The notes below the pieces were generated by a model. That model did not search any database. It was not told the DNA's origin and saw only the letters and a list, made by a program, of their open reading frames with translations. The position numbers and the translations under genes are program-made. Shown piece after piece: positions 1 through 7,945 of a stretch of DNA of 30,613 nucleotides. The stretch comes from a virus, in IMG/VR virus record IMGVR_UViG_3300047557_002095, positions 1-30,613 of that record. The stretch is one strand, 5' to 3'. Every line of letters starts with the position of its first letter. Position 1 is the first letter of the stretch.

Positions 1-127
1 GTGAGTTTATTTACGCTTGCCATGGTGTCTCCGATGAGGACGCGGCGGGAGGAATCGAACCTCCGTCTTAGGTGTTACTCGTCAGTCAACACCCAGCTCT
101 ACCACTGAGCTACGCCGCTAACCTCAC
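1..127. repeat. Terminal exact direct repeat, copy 1 (identical to 30487-30613); end overlap of a circular or circularly permuted genome
   Basis: The first 127 nt recur base for base as the last 127 nt. The repeat cuts through a CDS (the N-terminus of 30171-30509 reappears at 1-23) and duplicates the tRNA-like gene. It therefore looks like a contig overlap, not a biological duplication. Confidence 0.9.
41..119 (-). tRNA. tRNA-like gene: Val(GAC)-type body with an 8-nt insertion in the anticodon loop (15-nt loop, or an extended anticodon stem)
   Basis: Minus-strand read: GCGGCG/CGCCGC acceptor stem; U8; D arm GCTC-AGTGGTA-GAGC (A14, G18, G19); anticodon stem GGGTG/CACCT enclosing TTGACTGACGAGTAA; 5-nt variable loop AAGAC; T arm GGAGG-TTCGATT-CCTCC. 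No CCA is encoded, and positions 1:72 would be an A:G mismatch. Confidence 0.7.
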
Positions 128-130
128 TTA

Positions 131-460
131 TTAGGTTTGATCTACAGCGTCGTAACCTTGAACGATGAGGTGCAACTCAACGTCTAAGGCAGAAGCGCCC
201 AAATCATAGGTTTTAACCCGCACTGCTGTAGAAGTAGCAGAGCTAACAAGAGCAACACCAACAGCAGCTCCTCCGCAAGTAGCCGAAACAATCGGCGCAC
301 GAGCGAATGGCTCATTGAAGGTAACAGTGTAATCACCAGTTCCGTTAACAGTCAAAACACCGTCGAATTGACCAATCTTAATGGAAGAGGTTGAAACACC
401 ATCAATCTTGAAATGAAGCTGACGTGGCAAACGTTGAGGACATTTAATTTCGCGTAACAT
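131..460 (-). CDS. Hypothetical small structural protein (head-associated or decoration candidate by position)
   Basis: 109-aa ORF immediately downstream of the major capsid gene in the late operon. Beta-rich composition. No motif recognised. Confidence 0.6.
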   Translation of the reverse strand: MLREIKCPQRLPRQLHFKIDGVSTSSIKIGQFDGVLTVNGTGDYTVTFNEPFARAPIVSATCGGAAVGVALVSSATSTAVRVKTYDLGASALDVELHLIVQGYDAVDQT

Positions 461-483
461 GGTTTATTCTCCGTGGAATAGTA

Positions 484-507
484 GGAGGGTGAGTCGCCCC
501 ACCCCCC
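484..507 (-). other. GC-rich stem-loop between the capsid gene stop and the next gene
   Basis: GGAGGGTG...CACCCCCC gives 7 bp with one mismatch and an 8-nt loop. No U-run follows on the minus strand, so it is not a classic terminator. It could be an attenuator or mRNA stabiliser. Confidence 0.35.
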
Positions 508-519
508 GACCAGTTTTAA

Positions 520-1734
520 TTAGACTGCCAATCCACTGATGACGCCGTGGAATGGAGGTACGATGTAGGACTGCAAGTATCCACCGAAGCGGAAGCTGTA
601 GCTATCGCTCGATGCATCACGCAACAACACAGTGCCGTCGTCGTCAAAGAATCCGAAGTCAGGTCTGTGGTGGATGCTGATGAAGTTATCGTTCAAGAGG
701 TACACGCGGTCGTCTTCACAGAAGCGCTCTGGGAAGATACCTACTGGGCCAGCAGCAGACATGAATTCCAAACCACGGAAGCTGATCTTGCCAACCAAGT
801 CTTGAGCGCGAGGATCAAGCAAGTATTGCTTTTGGTCTTCGAGGATATTCAAGAGCTTACGGAATTGAACGAAGGAGCAGATGATCAAGTTAGGTACTTT
901 ACCAGACTTGCGCTGAACTTCCATCATGCCTTGGTTCAAGAGGTCAGCAGTGATACCTGCACCAGATGCAGCGATCTGAGCAGATGCCTGCCAACGACGA
1001 CCAACGGTGATGCTGTACTGAGTACCGGAAGTAGCATCGAGAACACCCTTCAAGCCCGAAGGATCGTTGTCCTTAGAGTTTTGCATGTAAAGGGTCTTTG
1101 CGCCAGAGTCAGCAGTCAAGTCCACAGATCCGCTGATGCGGGAAAGGGTGAGAGTGCGGGTAGCAGGAGCTACAGCAGTAATCTCCCAAACAGCAGCAGT
1201 GGAGTATGGGTTAGCTACGGAGTCTACGTTGATGTAATCCTTTTCTTCAAAGTTAGACTCTTTCCAGGTAGCAGCAGAGATAACAACGGTAGGAGCAGCA
1301 GCAGTACCACCAGCAGCAGCAGCACTGGTTACACCGAGGCTACCAGTTCCGTCGTTGAACAAAGAGCGGGACATATTGCGCATCCAAGATTCAACTGCCT
1401 TTTGGGTAGAGAATTTGGTGAGTTCAATGAACGCGCCTTCAGACACGGAAGCAGCTTTGATAGCTTCACGGTCGATCTGACCTACAGCGTACATTTTCTT
1501 TGCTTCAATCACAGCGTCTTGGATTGCTGCGTAGTTAGCAATAGGGAGAGAGCCCGAACCAACACCGCCAGAGAAGCTGGTAGGAACTGCGATGTCCATA
1601 CGCTTACCGACGAAGTTGTATTCTTTCTTTACGCGTCCGAGAAGGACGTTTGCGCTGTTATAGGTATTGTCTGCGAGTTTGCCATACTTAATCTTGAATA
1701 GATTAGAGGCAGTGCTTAAGCTAAATTGTGCCAT
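520..1734 (-). CDS. Major capsid protein
   Basis: 404-aa ORF after the portal and scaffold genes. Size and position are typical of an HK97-fold coat protein. Strong codon bias: no TTA, CTA or TCA codons over about 385 codons, which leaves the codon-aligned antisense frame open. Confidence 0.75.
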   Translation of the reverse strand: MAQFSLSTASNLFKIKYGKLADNTYNSANVLLGRVKKEYNFVGKRMDIAVPTSFSGGVGSGSLPIANYAAIQDAVIEAKKMYAVGQIDREAIKAASVSEGAFIELTKFSTQKAVESWMRNMSRSLFNDGTGSLGVTSAAAAGGTAAAPTVVISAATWKESNFEEKDYINVDSVANPYSTAAVWEITAVAPATRTLTLSRISGSVDLTADSGAKTLYMQNSKDNDPSGLKGVLDATSGTQYSITVGRRWQASAQIAASGAGITADLLNQGMMEVQRKSGKVPNLIICSFVQFRKLLNILEDQKQYLLDPRAQDLVGKISFRGLEFMSAAGPVGIFPERFCEDDRVYLLNDNFISIHHRPDFGFFDDDGTVLLRDASSDSYSFRFGGYLQSYIVPPFHGVISGLAV

Positions 1735-1752
1735 GGTTTCATTCCTTTATGG

Positions 1753-2964
1753 TTAGATGTCGTCAAAGAACAGTGGATCACTTCCGCCCCGTTTAGGGCC
1801 GCTTTCCACATGAGCTTTTTTCAAGGTTTTAGTAATTTTCTTAGACAACTTTTTTGCCGAGTCATTGGCATAGAGTTGGTTGATCACTTCCTCGATCTCT
1901 GCGCGGTTCGCGTCAGTTTGGATCGCAAGATTAGCAAGCTTTTCGACCTCATCATAATTGCCAGCAAGTTCTGGATTAACTTCAGCTAGTTTCGATTCAA
2001 TCGTTTGAACTAACTTCATGTTATCCCAGTATTTGCCGACCTGTTCAGGCGTAATCTGGTTAGGATCAAACCCATTTTTAACGAGATCGTCATACGCTTG
2101 GACGAAGTCCGACTTCTGCATCTCAAAGGAGCTCATTACTTCCTGAATCTTTCCTTCCATCTCCTTTACCTTTGCTGCTTCCACTTGCGCGGATTTGGCA
2201 GCTTCGGCCTTGGAACGGTAGTATTGATTCTCTTCCTCAAGACGCTTTAGACGTACTTCCTCAGGTGTAAGTGTACTCTCTTCCTCTACAGCTTGTCTAA
2301 TTTTCTCTAGAGCATCGGTGTAGAGCTGCTGACCGTCAACCCCGAGCGTTTCACTCATGAATTCCATGAAGCCTTTTAGGTCTTTTTTTTGGGAGAGTAG
2401 TTCATGAGACTTCTGAACCACTTCATTCATTTTAGCTCGGCTAGTTTCAAATTCTTGACGCTCGGCCTTGTGTTTACGGAATAGATCGTCCAAGTGGCGC
2501 TGCTGGGAGTAACGGTTGATTACTTCCTGAACAGGTACTTCGACGGTCTTTCCGTCAACCTTAACAGTCACTAGGGCGTCGGCGGCCACTTCAAGATCCT
2601 TGTCACCGTGTTTAAACTTCAAAGCTTTCACGGCTTCTTTGGTCTCTTTAGCCTCCTTCTCTTTACCCTTAGTGGTTTTTACTTCATCTTTTTCTTCGCT
2701 GGCTTTTTCTTTGCTGCTTTTTTCTTTGCCATGTTTTTCTCCTTTCTCAGATTTGGTTTCTAAAACTTCCTCAAGATCATCGCCCTCTTCAGATCTGCGC
2801 TGGGCGGTCTTAACTTGTGGCTCATCACTTAAACCCTTACGCCAATTATCAACGGCGCTTAGCTCATCCCAGCTTACTGGCGAGCTTCCGCCTACAACTT
2901 CAATGGGTTCCTGTACGCTTGCAGTTTCTACATTCACTGTAGTCTGTGGTGTCGATTCACTCAT
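1753..2964 (-). CDS. Scaffolding protein candidate
   Basis: 403-aa ORF between portal and capsid. Highly charged with helical or coiled-coil character, including a K/E-rich low-complexity stretch (KSEKGEKHGKEKSSKEKASEEKDE). Confidence 0.6.
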   Translation of the reverse strand: MSESTPQTTVNVETASVQEPIEVVGGSSPVSWDELSAVDNWRKGLSDEPQVKTAQRRSEEGDDLEEVLETKSEKGEKHGKEKSSKEKASEEKDEVKTTKGKEKEAKETKEAVKALKFKHGDKDLEVAADALVTVKVDGKTVEVPVQEVINRYSQQRHLDDLFRKHKAERQEFETSRAKMNEVVQKSHELLSQKKDLKGFMEFMSETLGVDGQQLYTDALEKIRQAVEEESTLTPEEVRLKRLEEENQYYRSKAEAAKSAQVEAAKVKEMEGKIQEVMSSFEMQKSDFVQAYDDLVKNGFDPNQITPEQVGKYWDNMKLVQTIESKLAEVNPELAGNYDEVEKLANLAIQTDANRAEIEEVINQLYANDSAKKLSKKITKTLKKAHVESGPKRGGSDPLFFDDI

Positions 2965-2980
2965 TTTGACTTCTTTCTAA

Positions 2981-5209
2981 TTAAACGCCCGAAGTAGGTT
3001 GGACTGGCCCGCCTACGCCTAGCTGTTCTTCGATTGTTGGCATTGGAGGGTTAGCTAAGGCTTGTGCCTCACCGCCCACCAATGGGTTTACTGGCAAACC
3101 AGGTGTTGGCATGATCATACCGCCTGTAGCATCCTGGCCTGCTGGTGTTGGCATGGGTGCCTCTACTGGTGCTACCGCTGCCATAGGTTCAAAAAACATT
3201 GGGAAGAGTGCAAGTGTAGCTAGCTCTTGAGCGAACTTTGGATTCTTTGCAGCTACATCAAGCATCATCATTTCATGAGCTGTGATGTGGTTGATCACCC
3301 GTTCTTGCACGTCTACCGGAGTCTGATACTTGAAAGAGTATTCCTGAACTACGCGGGTATGCTCTCTCCAGTGTAGAATGTGATTCTCAAACTCTTTAGG
3401 TGCAAGCTGCTCTTCACTTAAAGCCTCTCCACCTTGTCTGAGTAATTCCTCATTCTCAGCTTGAGCGGTTCTGACTGCAACGGTTGCAGCATCAACGAAC
3501 TTATCGGCTTGGCCCAGATCAAGTAGGTCAATCACCTGCTCTGCTGTGAACTGGCCAGGGAAACGCTCATTGAGATCCAAGAGTGTCTGAGTACGAGCTG
3601 CGATAGAGCGTGGAAGAGCTGAGCTGTTCTGTACGCGGATGTCATAATCTTTCTCAAGATAAGCCACGTTAAAGAACTTAGTCATCCATTGGTTATCTTT
3701 GCCGATAACACGGATCATGCGCTCATCCGACTCATCGTAGTAGTCGCCACAGACTGCTAGAGTCATCTTGGCAACACCTAGGATCATGTCGTTATATTTA
3801 AGCACTGGCTCATTGTAGCCTTCAGACTCTTGCTCAGAGAGGAACTGAAGCGCCACACCTGCTTTGATGCCTGGGGGTGGTACGCCTCGGCTTACTCCGA
3901 AGACTCCTGAGATCTGCTGGAACTCTTCTTTCACCTTCTCACGGAACGCGAACACATCGCTTGGAACGGTAGGCGCAGTAGCTAGCACTGGAGGTTGAGC
4001 GCCCTTGTATTGAACGATAGTGATGTCATTGCCTAGGCGATCCAGAGCAACCGACCCCGCTGGGACCATCCACTTCGGATGAGATGCGAGCACGATGTTT
4101 CTAAGGAGCATATTGGTGATGTTATTGTAGGTACCTGTAAGCTGCTTGATGTTTTCAAAGAAGGAAACACCATAAAGCTCACCGGGATACTCAATGTCAG
4201 TAAAGCGAACAAACGGCAAATTATCATGCGAATACGGAAACTCCTCATTCTCTAAAATCACGTCGCGTAAGAATACGATCTTACGGCCCTTGTCCATCAT
4301 AGGGCTTCTACGATGCCAGAAAGTGTAGACTACTTGCTCACCACGAGCTGGGCGCAATTCCATTTTCTCGTAATCGTAAACCTGAGCGTCATCCAAATCT
4401 TTAATCTTGGAAGCCTTATCAGGGTAACGCTGACGGAGTTCCTGAGTGTTGACTAGCTCACGGGTGAAGCAATAGTCCACGTCAACAAACTTCTGCTTCT
4501 TTTGAAGTAGGACTTCTGAAGCTAAGAAAGTCTTATATTGAACGTCGCCTACGCGCACTGGACGGTCGATGTAGACAGTGTTGCCTTGTGGATCTTTAGT
4601 GGGTTGACCATCTTGATCAAGCACTGGCACCTTGCCGCCGTGTTCTTTAGAAGCCTTCACCCAAGCTGGGTTGAGATCTCCCTTGTCTTCATTCCAAAGA
4701 ACAAAGAGGTAAGCCTCGCCCATAACGAATGCATTAGTTACGAGCTGAAGAACGATCTTAGTTTCAAAGTCTGACTCGTACCAGACGTGGTCTAGGAGCT
4801 GCTTAGTGACCTTAGCTGCAACCTTATCGCCTAGCTCATCGTTAGTAGGGAGGATAGCTACAGCGGGCTTAAACTTGATCAATCTTGAAGCGCGGTTCTT
4901 GGCCAAATCATAGAGATGGTTGATCACAACCTTACGGACCACTTGAGCCCGATCCGTTCCACGATCTCTAGCATCAAGCCTTGTCTCTAGTTCCTGATAC
5001 TGGATGCCCTTATAGAGCGCCAAGTTCCTACGCATCACTCGGATACGAGGTTCATTCTCTTGCTCAAGGAAGCCCAGCTCAGAAGAAAGCCAGCGAAGGA
5101 CTTCCTCATCGTTTCTTGGATCATCTAGGTCCAGGCTATAGAGCGGGTACTTTGGTTGAGAGAAACTTTTATCTAGGGTGTCTAATGCGCCATCAAAGAA
5201 GTAGCTCAT
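2981..5209 (-). CDS. Portal protein
   Basis: 742-aa ORF downstream of the large terminase gene (a small membrane-protein ORF at 5206-5418 lies between them) and upstream of scaffold and capsid. Called from size and synteny. Pro/Gly-rich C-terminal tail. Confidence 0.7.
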   Translation of the reverse strand: MSYFFDGALDTLDKSFSQPKYPLYSLDLDDPRNDEEVLRWLSSELGFLEQENEPRIRVMRRNLALYKGIQYQELETRLDARDRGTDRAQVVRKVVINHLYDLAKNRASRLIKFKPAVAILPTNDELGDKVAAKVTKQLLDHVWYESDFETKIVLQLVTNAFVMGEAYLFVLWNEDKGDLNPAWVKASKEHGGKVPVLDQDGQPTKDPQGNTVYIDRPVRVGDVQYKTFLASEVLLQKKQKFVDVDYCFTRELVNTQELRQRYPDKASKIKDLDDAQVYDYEKMELRPARGEQVVYTFWHRRSPMMDKGRKIVFLRDVILENEEFPYSHDNLPFVRFTDIEYPGELYGVSFFENIKQLTGTYNNITNMLLRNIVLASHPKWMVPAGSVALDRLGNDITIVQYKGAQPPVLATAPTVPSDVFAFREKVKEEFQQISGVFGVSRGVPPPGIKAGVALQFLSEQESEGYNEPVLKYNDMILGVAKMTLAVCGDYYDESDERMIRVIGKDNQWMTKFFNVAYLEKDYDIRVQNSSALPRSIAARTQTLLDLNERFPGQFTAEQVIDLLDLGQADKFVDAATVAVRTAQAENEELLRQGGEALSEEQLAPKEFENHILHWREHTRVVQEYSFKYQTPVDVQERVINHITAHEMMMLDVAAKNPKFAQELATLALFPMFFEPMAAVAPVEAPMPTPAGQDATGGMIMPTPGLPVNPLVGGEAQALANPPMPTIEEQLGVGGPVQPTSGV

Positions 5210-5418
5210 ACGGCCTCGAATAGATCTTTATTAAGTTTGGCTTCCAAGTCTTGAGTCACTTTCTCAAAATCATTTGAAGCTGGTACATACTGGATCGAAT
5301 GAGTGGACTTTTGCAAGGCTTTTACTTCAATCCAGGCGACAAGCCCCATCCCGAATCCAATCGCGCTTAAGACTGCGAACGCAATAAACAAACCAAAGAA
5401 AACAGTTGTTACTCCCAT
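5206..5418 (-). CDS. Small membrane protein (one or two TM helices)
   Basis: 70-aa ORF. N-terminus VTTVFFGLFIAFAVLSAIGFGMGLVAWI is strongly hydrophobic. Its ends overlap the terL stop and the portal start. Confidence 0.5.
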   Translation of the reverse strand: MGVTTVFFGLFIAFAVLSAIGFGMGLVAWIEVKALQKSTHSIQYVPASNDFEKVTQDLEAKLNKDLFEAV

Positions 5419-6797
5419 GATAGATCATCCTCCGTTTTAAACAAGTCTGGAAAGTCGTCTTCAATCCTGTAGCCACGCTTCATACTCACCGGATCAACTT
5501 TAGGTTCCGGGATATTAAGGATTGAATAGTGGTGAGAGTCGAACACATATCGAAGACAGTCAATAAGGTGGTCGTCCTTTTTAGGGATCTTACCTGAGCC
5601 GTCCTTACGGTAGTGTTCTAACTCCCAAAATAGTTTCACGCATCGAGATGAGATCTTAAGCTTCCCGTGAAGCATCGCGTCTTTGATGAGTGATAAGCCT
5701 GTTAACTTATCGGACTTCATTTTCTGAGTAGGTTCTAAGCCTTCGCTGAATACGTCTAAGACTTCATTTGCAAACCAGGTTGCCGCCTCATCGTAGCCTT
5801 GCCGCCACTCATCGTCCCAAAGCTCATCTCTCTTCTCTCTCACTTGTGGCCAGATCTTAGAGACAGTCATGTTAGCTTGCTCGGTCTCATAGACCTCATC
5901 GAGACAGTAAACCACTTTAGTGTAGGGATTGATCGCGCAGAAGAGAACAGCAAAGCAGCTTGCCCCAGCAGGGTCGGCCCATAGAACCCAGTTAAGCTTC
6001 TTACGATCCCGCCAGATCTCACCCATCAGCTCATCGTGTCTGTAGACCAAATGATTGCCCAGCATAGGAAAGATAGCAGAAGCACCACCTCTAACAAACT
6101 TAGCCTCATACTCACGCTCCCACTTATCGCCCTCTCCACGCCCGTAGAGTTCTGCCTTCTTATCCTCAAGCCACTTACGGCTAATGTGAGGATTGGAGTG
6201 CGTAGGAAGCTGAAAGAATCGTTTAGCAGAGTCCCGCTTGTAGGAGTCAGCAAGCTTAGTGAACTGACCTTCCACGTCTGGAGGCGTTCCAATGATCATA
6301 AGAGGCGCATCGAAAGCAGCGCGGTTAGGATCATAAGCTTCATAGAACTCTTCTCGAAAGTCCTTGAACTCATCAAAGACCGACAGACCTTTGGGCTTAA
6401 CACCCCGGTAGGCATCCACGTTGTCTGATCCATCAAGCTTAATGAATGAGCCGTTATGAAAGGTCACGCGCATCTCGGTGTTATTGATCTCAGAGATCCA
6501 CGACTCAGGCCCCAAGGCTTGAATGCGGCGGGAGGCCCAAAGGATTTCTCGGGCTTGCTTCATGTAGGGCGCGAAGTAATAGTTCTCGCTGCCAGGGAAT
6601 GTGTAGGCAAACCTCCAAAGCAAGTAGCATACCAGTTCCGACTTACCCCAGTTACGGCCACATTGAGCCATGACTTCTTTAACTTCCCCACGGATCAGGG
6701 GTGAGCCTACTTCGATCTGAGATGGGTGTGGGGTCCAATGAGCGTGTAATTCTTTCAGACCCCTAGCGATGCGCTCGATCTCAGGGTGAAATGTCAC
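5409..6797 (-). CDS. terL: Terminase large subunit
   Basis: 462 aa. Walker A-like AQCGRNWGKSE and Walker B-like LSVFDEF, followed by a nuclease-sized C-terminal half. Position is upstream of the portal gene. Confidence 0.85.
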   Translation of the reverse strand: MTFHPEIERIARGLKELHAHWTPHPSQIEVGSPLIRGEVKEVMAQCGRNWGKSELVCYLLWRFAYTFPGSENYYFAPYMKQAREILWASRRIQALGPESWISEINNTEMRVTFHNGSFIKLDGSDNVDAYRGVKPKGLSVFDEFKDFREEFYEAYDPNRAAFDAPLMIIGTPPDVEGQFTKLADSYKRDSAKRFFQLPTHSNPHISRKWLEDKKAELYGRGEGDKWEREYEAKFVRGGASAIFPMLGNHLVYRHDELMGEIWRDRKKLNWVLWADPAGASCFAVLFCAINPYTKVVYCLDEVYETEQANMTVSKIWPQVREKRDELWDDEWRQGYDEAATWFANEVLDVFSEGLEPTQKMKSDKLTGLSLIKDAMLHGKLKISSRCVKLFWELEHYRKDGSGKIPKKDDHLIDCLRYVFDSHHYSILNIPEPKVDPVSMKRGYRIEDDFPDLFKTEDDLSWE

Positions 6798-6996
6798 GCG
6801 CTATCCTTAGCTCGCAAAGCTTGTCTCGGACTTCTTGAATCACCTTGAGTTCCACTTCAGGGCGTTCTGCATACTTGATCTGCTGCCTCAAATATTCATC
6901 AATCTCATCAATGCAGATTGCATAGTCCATGGCTTTACAGTGCAGATTGAACTGTTCGTCTTCCATGGGAAGCTCAAATTCAAGAATGCCCTTCAT
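6781..6996 (-). CDS. Hypothetical protein
   Basis: 71-aa ORF whose end overlaps the terL start. Acidic and helical. Confidence 0.5.
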   Translation of the reverse strand: MKGILEFELPMEDEQFNLHCKAMDYAICIDEIDEYLRQQIKYAERPEVELKVIQEVRDKLCELRIARDISP

Positions 6997-7141
6997 GGTT
7001 GTCCTTATCTATCAAGTATTGAAACAATTGTTTGACGACTTCCATGTGGGCATCGCGTTCTGCCTCTAGGCGAATGCATAGGCCTTCGAGGGTCTTAACT
7101 TGATCCGTTAGCTGTTCGATCTTTTGAACTAGATTGTCCAT
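6980..7141 (-). CDS. Possible small coiled-coil protein (53 aa, below the ORF-track cutoff)
   Basis: ATG at 7141 reads MDNLVQKIEQLTDQVKTLEGLCIRLEAERDAH... and runs to a TGA at 6980-6982. That stop lies 12 nt inside the next ORF (start 6996). The ORF fills an otherwise empty gap but overlaps the terS 3' end by 47 nt. Confidence 0.35.
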   Translation of the reverse strand: MDNLVQKIEQLTDQVKTLEGLCIRLEAERDAHMEVVKQLFQYLIDKDNHEGHS

Positions 7142-7508
7142 TTGCCACAACCTTCAAAAATGGGTCTTGTGTAAGAATCGTCTGGATCTGCTGAGTGCTT
7201 AGCTTCTCCTCTACGACGTTCGTTATCTCGCCTGAGTGCTCAATCGCCTTACGCTTAGGGTAAAGGTACTGGGCAGCTTCAGCAGCGGCCTTCTGGCGCA
7301 ATTCTGGAGGTATAATGGGCTTCTCTACAACCTCACCCTTTTGGGTAGGCGAGAACGTAAATTCCTTCTCGTATCCAAGTCCCTTCCAGTCACCTAAGGC
7401 AAACCGGCAAAGGATCTCAAACGGGTCACACCCAAGCTCACGTGCTTTCTCTTCCAGGGGAAGCTTGGACTTGTTCGCAGTCCCCTTCGTTCTCCCACCG
7501 TATCTCAT
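7095..7508 (-). CDS. terS: Terminase small subunit candidate
   Basis: 137 aa. N-terminal GGRTKGTANK followed by an LGCDPFEIL helix, then RQKAAAEAAQYLYPKRK. This pattern is typical of phage small terminases. Position is upstream of terL. Confidence 0.65.
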   Translation of the reverse strand: MRYGGRTKGTANKSKLPLEEKARELGCDPFEILCRFALGDWKGLGYEKEFTFSPTQKGEVVEKPIIPPELRQKAAAEAAQYLYPKRKAIEHSGEITNVVEEKLSTQQIQTILTQDPFLKVVANGQSSSKDRTANGSS

Positions 7509-7831
7509 AATACCTGACTACCTTTAACTACTTTAGCCTTGCGCGTCCTAACCTTCGGCTCTTCTAAGGAAGGAGCTTCAATAGCAGCATACGGCTCTTT
7601 AGCTTGCCTTTGAACCTCAAGTTCCCTCTTCCACTGAGAGAGTAGATCAATAAGTTCAATTGCATCCCAATCGCGGTAGCGTTGATAGATATACTCTTCT
7701 ACCCGCTCTGTAATGATCTGGGAGATTTGCTGGGCAAACTGAGCAAGATTAAGCTGATGCTTGAACCGTTCTTCAAGGTGCTTCGTGAGATACCCGATCT
7801 CTTGGCTATACTGTTCAACTGAGCGTTTCAC
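7505..7831 (-). CDS. Hypothetical protein, first gene of the late arm
   Basis: 108-aa ORF with a GTG start at 7831, preceded by AAGGAAG. It overlaps the terS start by 4 nt. Confidence 0.6.
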   Translation of the reverse strand: MKRSVEQYSQEIGYLTKHLEERFKHQLNLAQFAQQISQIITERVEEYIYQRYRDWDAIELIDLLSQWKRELEVQRQAKEPYAAIEAPSLEEPKVRTRKAKVVKGSQVL

Positions 7832-7869
7832 TAGGTTCTTCCTTTCGTGTCGCTGTAATGATGAGCAAT

Positions 7870-7898
7870 ATTAAACAGGAAGCCCTAAAAAAACACAA
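7870..7898 (-). promoter_or_regulatory. Possible late-arm promoter
   Basis: Minus strand reads TTGTGT (7893-7898), 17 nt, TTTAAT (7870-7875). The -35 is weak. Confidence 0.3.
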
Positions 7899-7932
7899 GC
7901 CTGAAACAGAGTTTGAATTCTGAGTCAGGCTT
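7887..7932 (-). terminator. Intrinsic-terminator-like hairpin read on the minus strand
   Basis: AAGCCTGA (7897-7904) pairs with TCAGGCTT (7925-7932), with an inner CAGA/TCTG helix. On the minus strand this is followed by GUG and then U7 (A-run at 7887-7893). There is no U-run on the plus strand. Confidence 0.5.
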
Positions 7933-7941
7933 ATGTATAAC
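7913..7941 (+). promoter_or_regulatory. Sigma70-like promoter firing rightward into the ORF-free region
   Basis: TTGAAT (7913-7918), 17 nt, TATAAC (7936-7941) with TG immediately upstream. Predicted start is near 7948. Confidence 0.55.
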
Positions 7942-7945
7942 ATGA

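Noticed and set aside
547-1701. A 384-aa ORF on the plus strand, antisense to almost the whole major capsid gene
   Set aside because: It is codon-aligned with the capsid frame (547-520 is a multiple of 3). It stays open simply because the capsid gene uses no TTA, CTA or TCA codons, which reflects strong codon bias in a highly expressed gene. Its product is low-complexity and S/R/V-rich, so it is a shadow ORF. The same logic applies to 2600-2980, 11298-11660, 17267-17533, 23816-24127, 27377-27883 and the other short antisense ORFs in the track.
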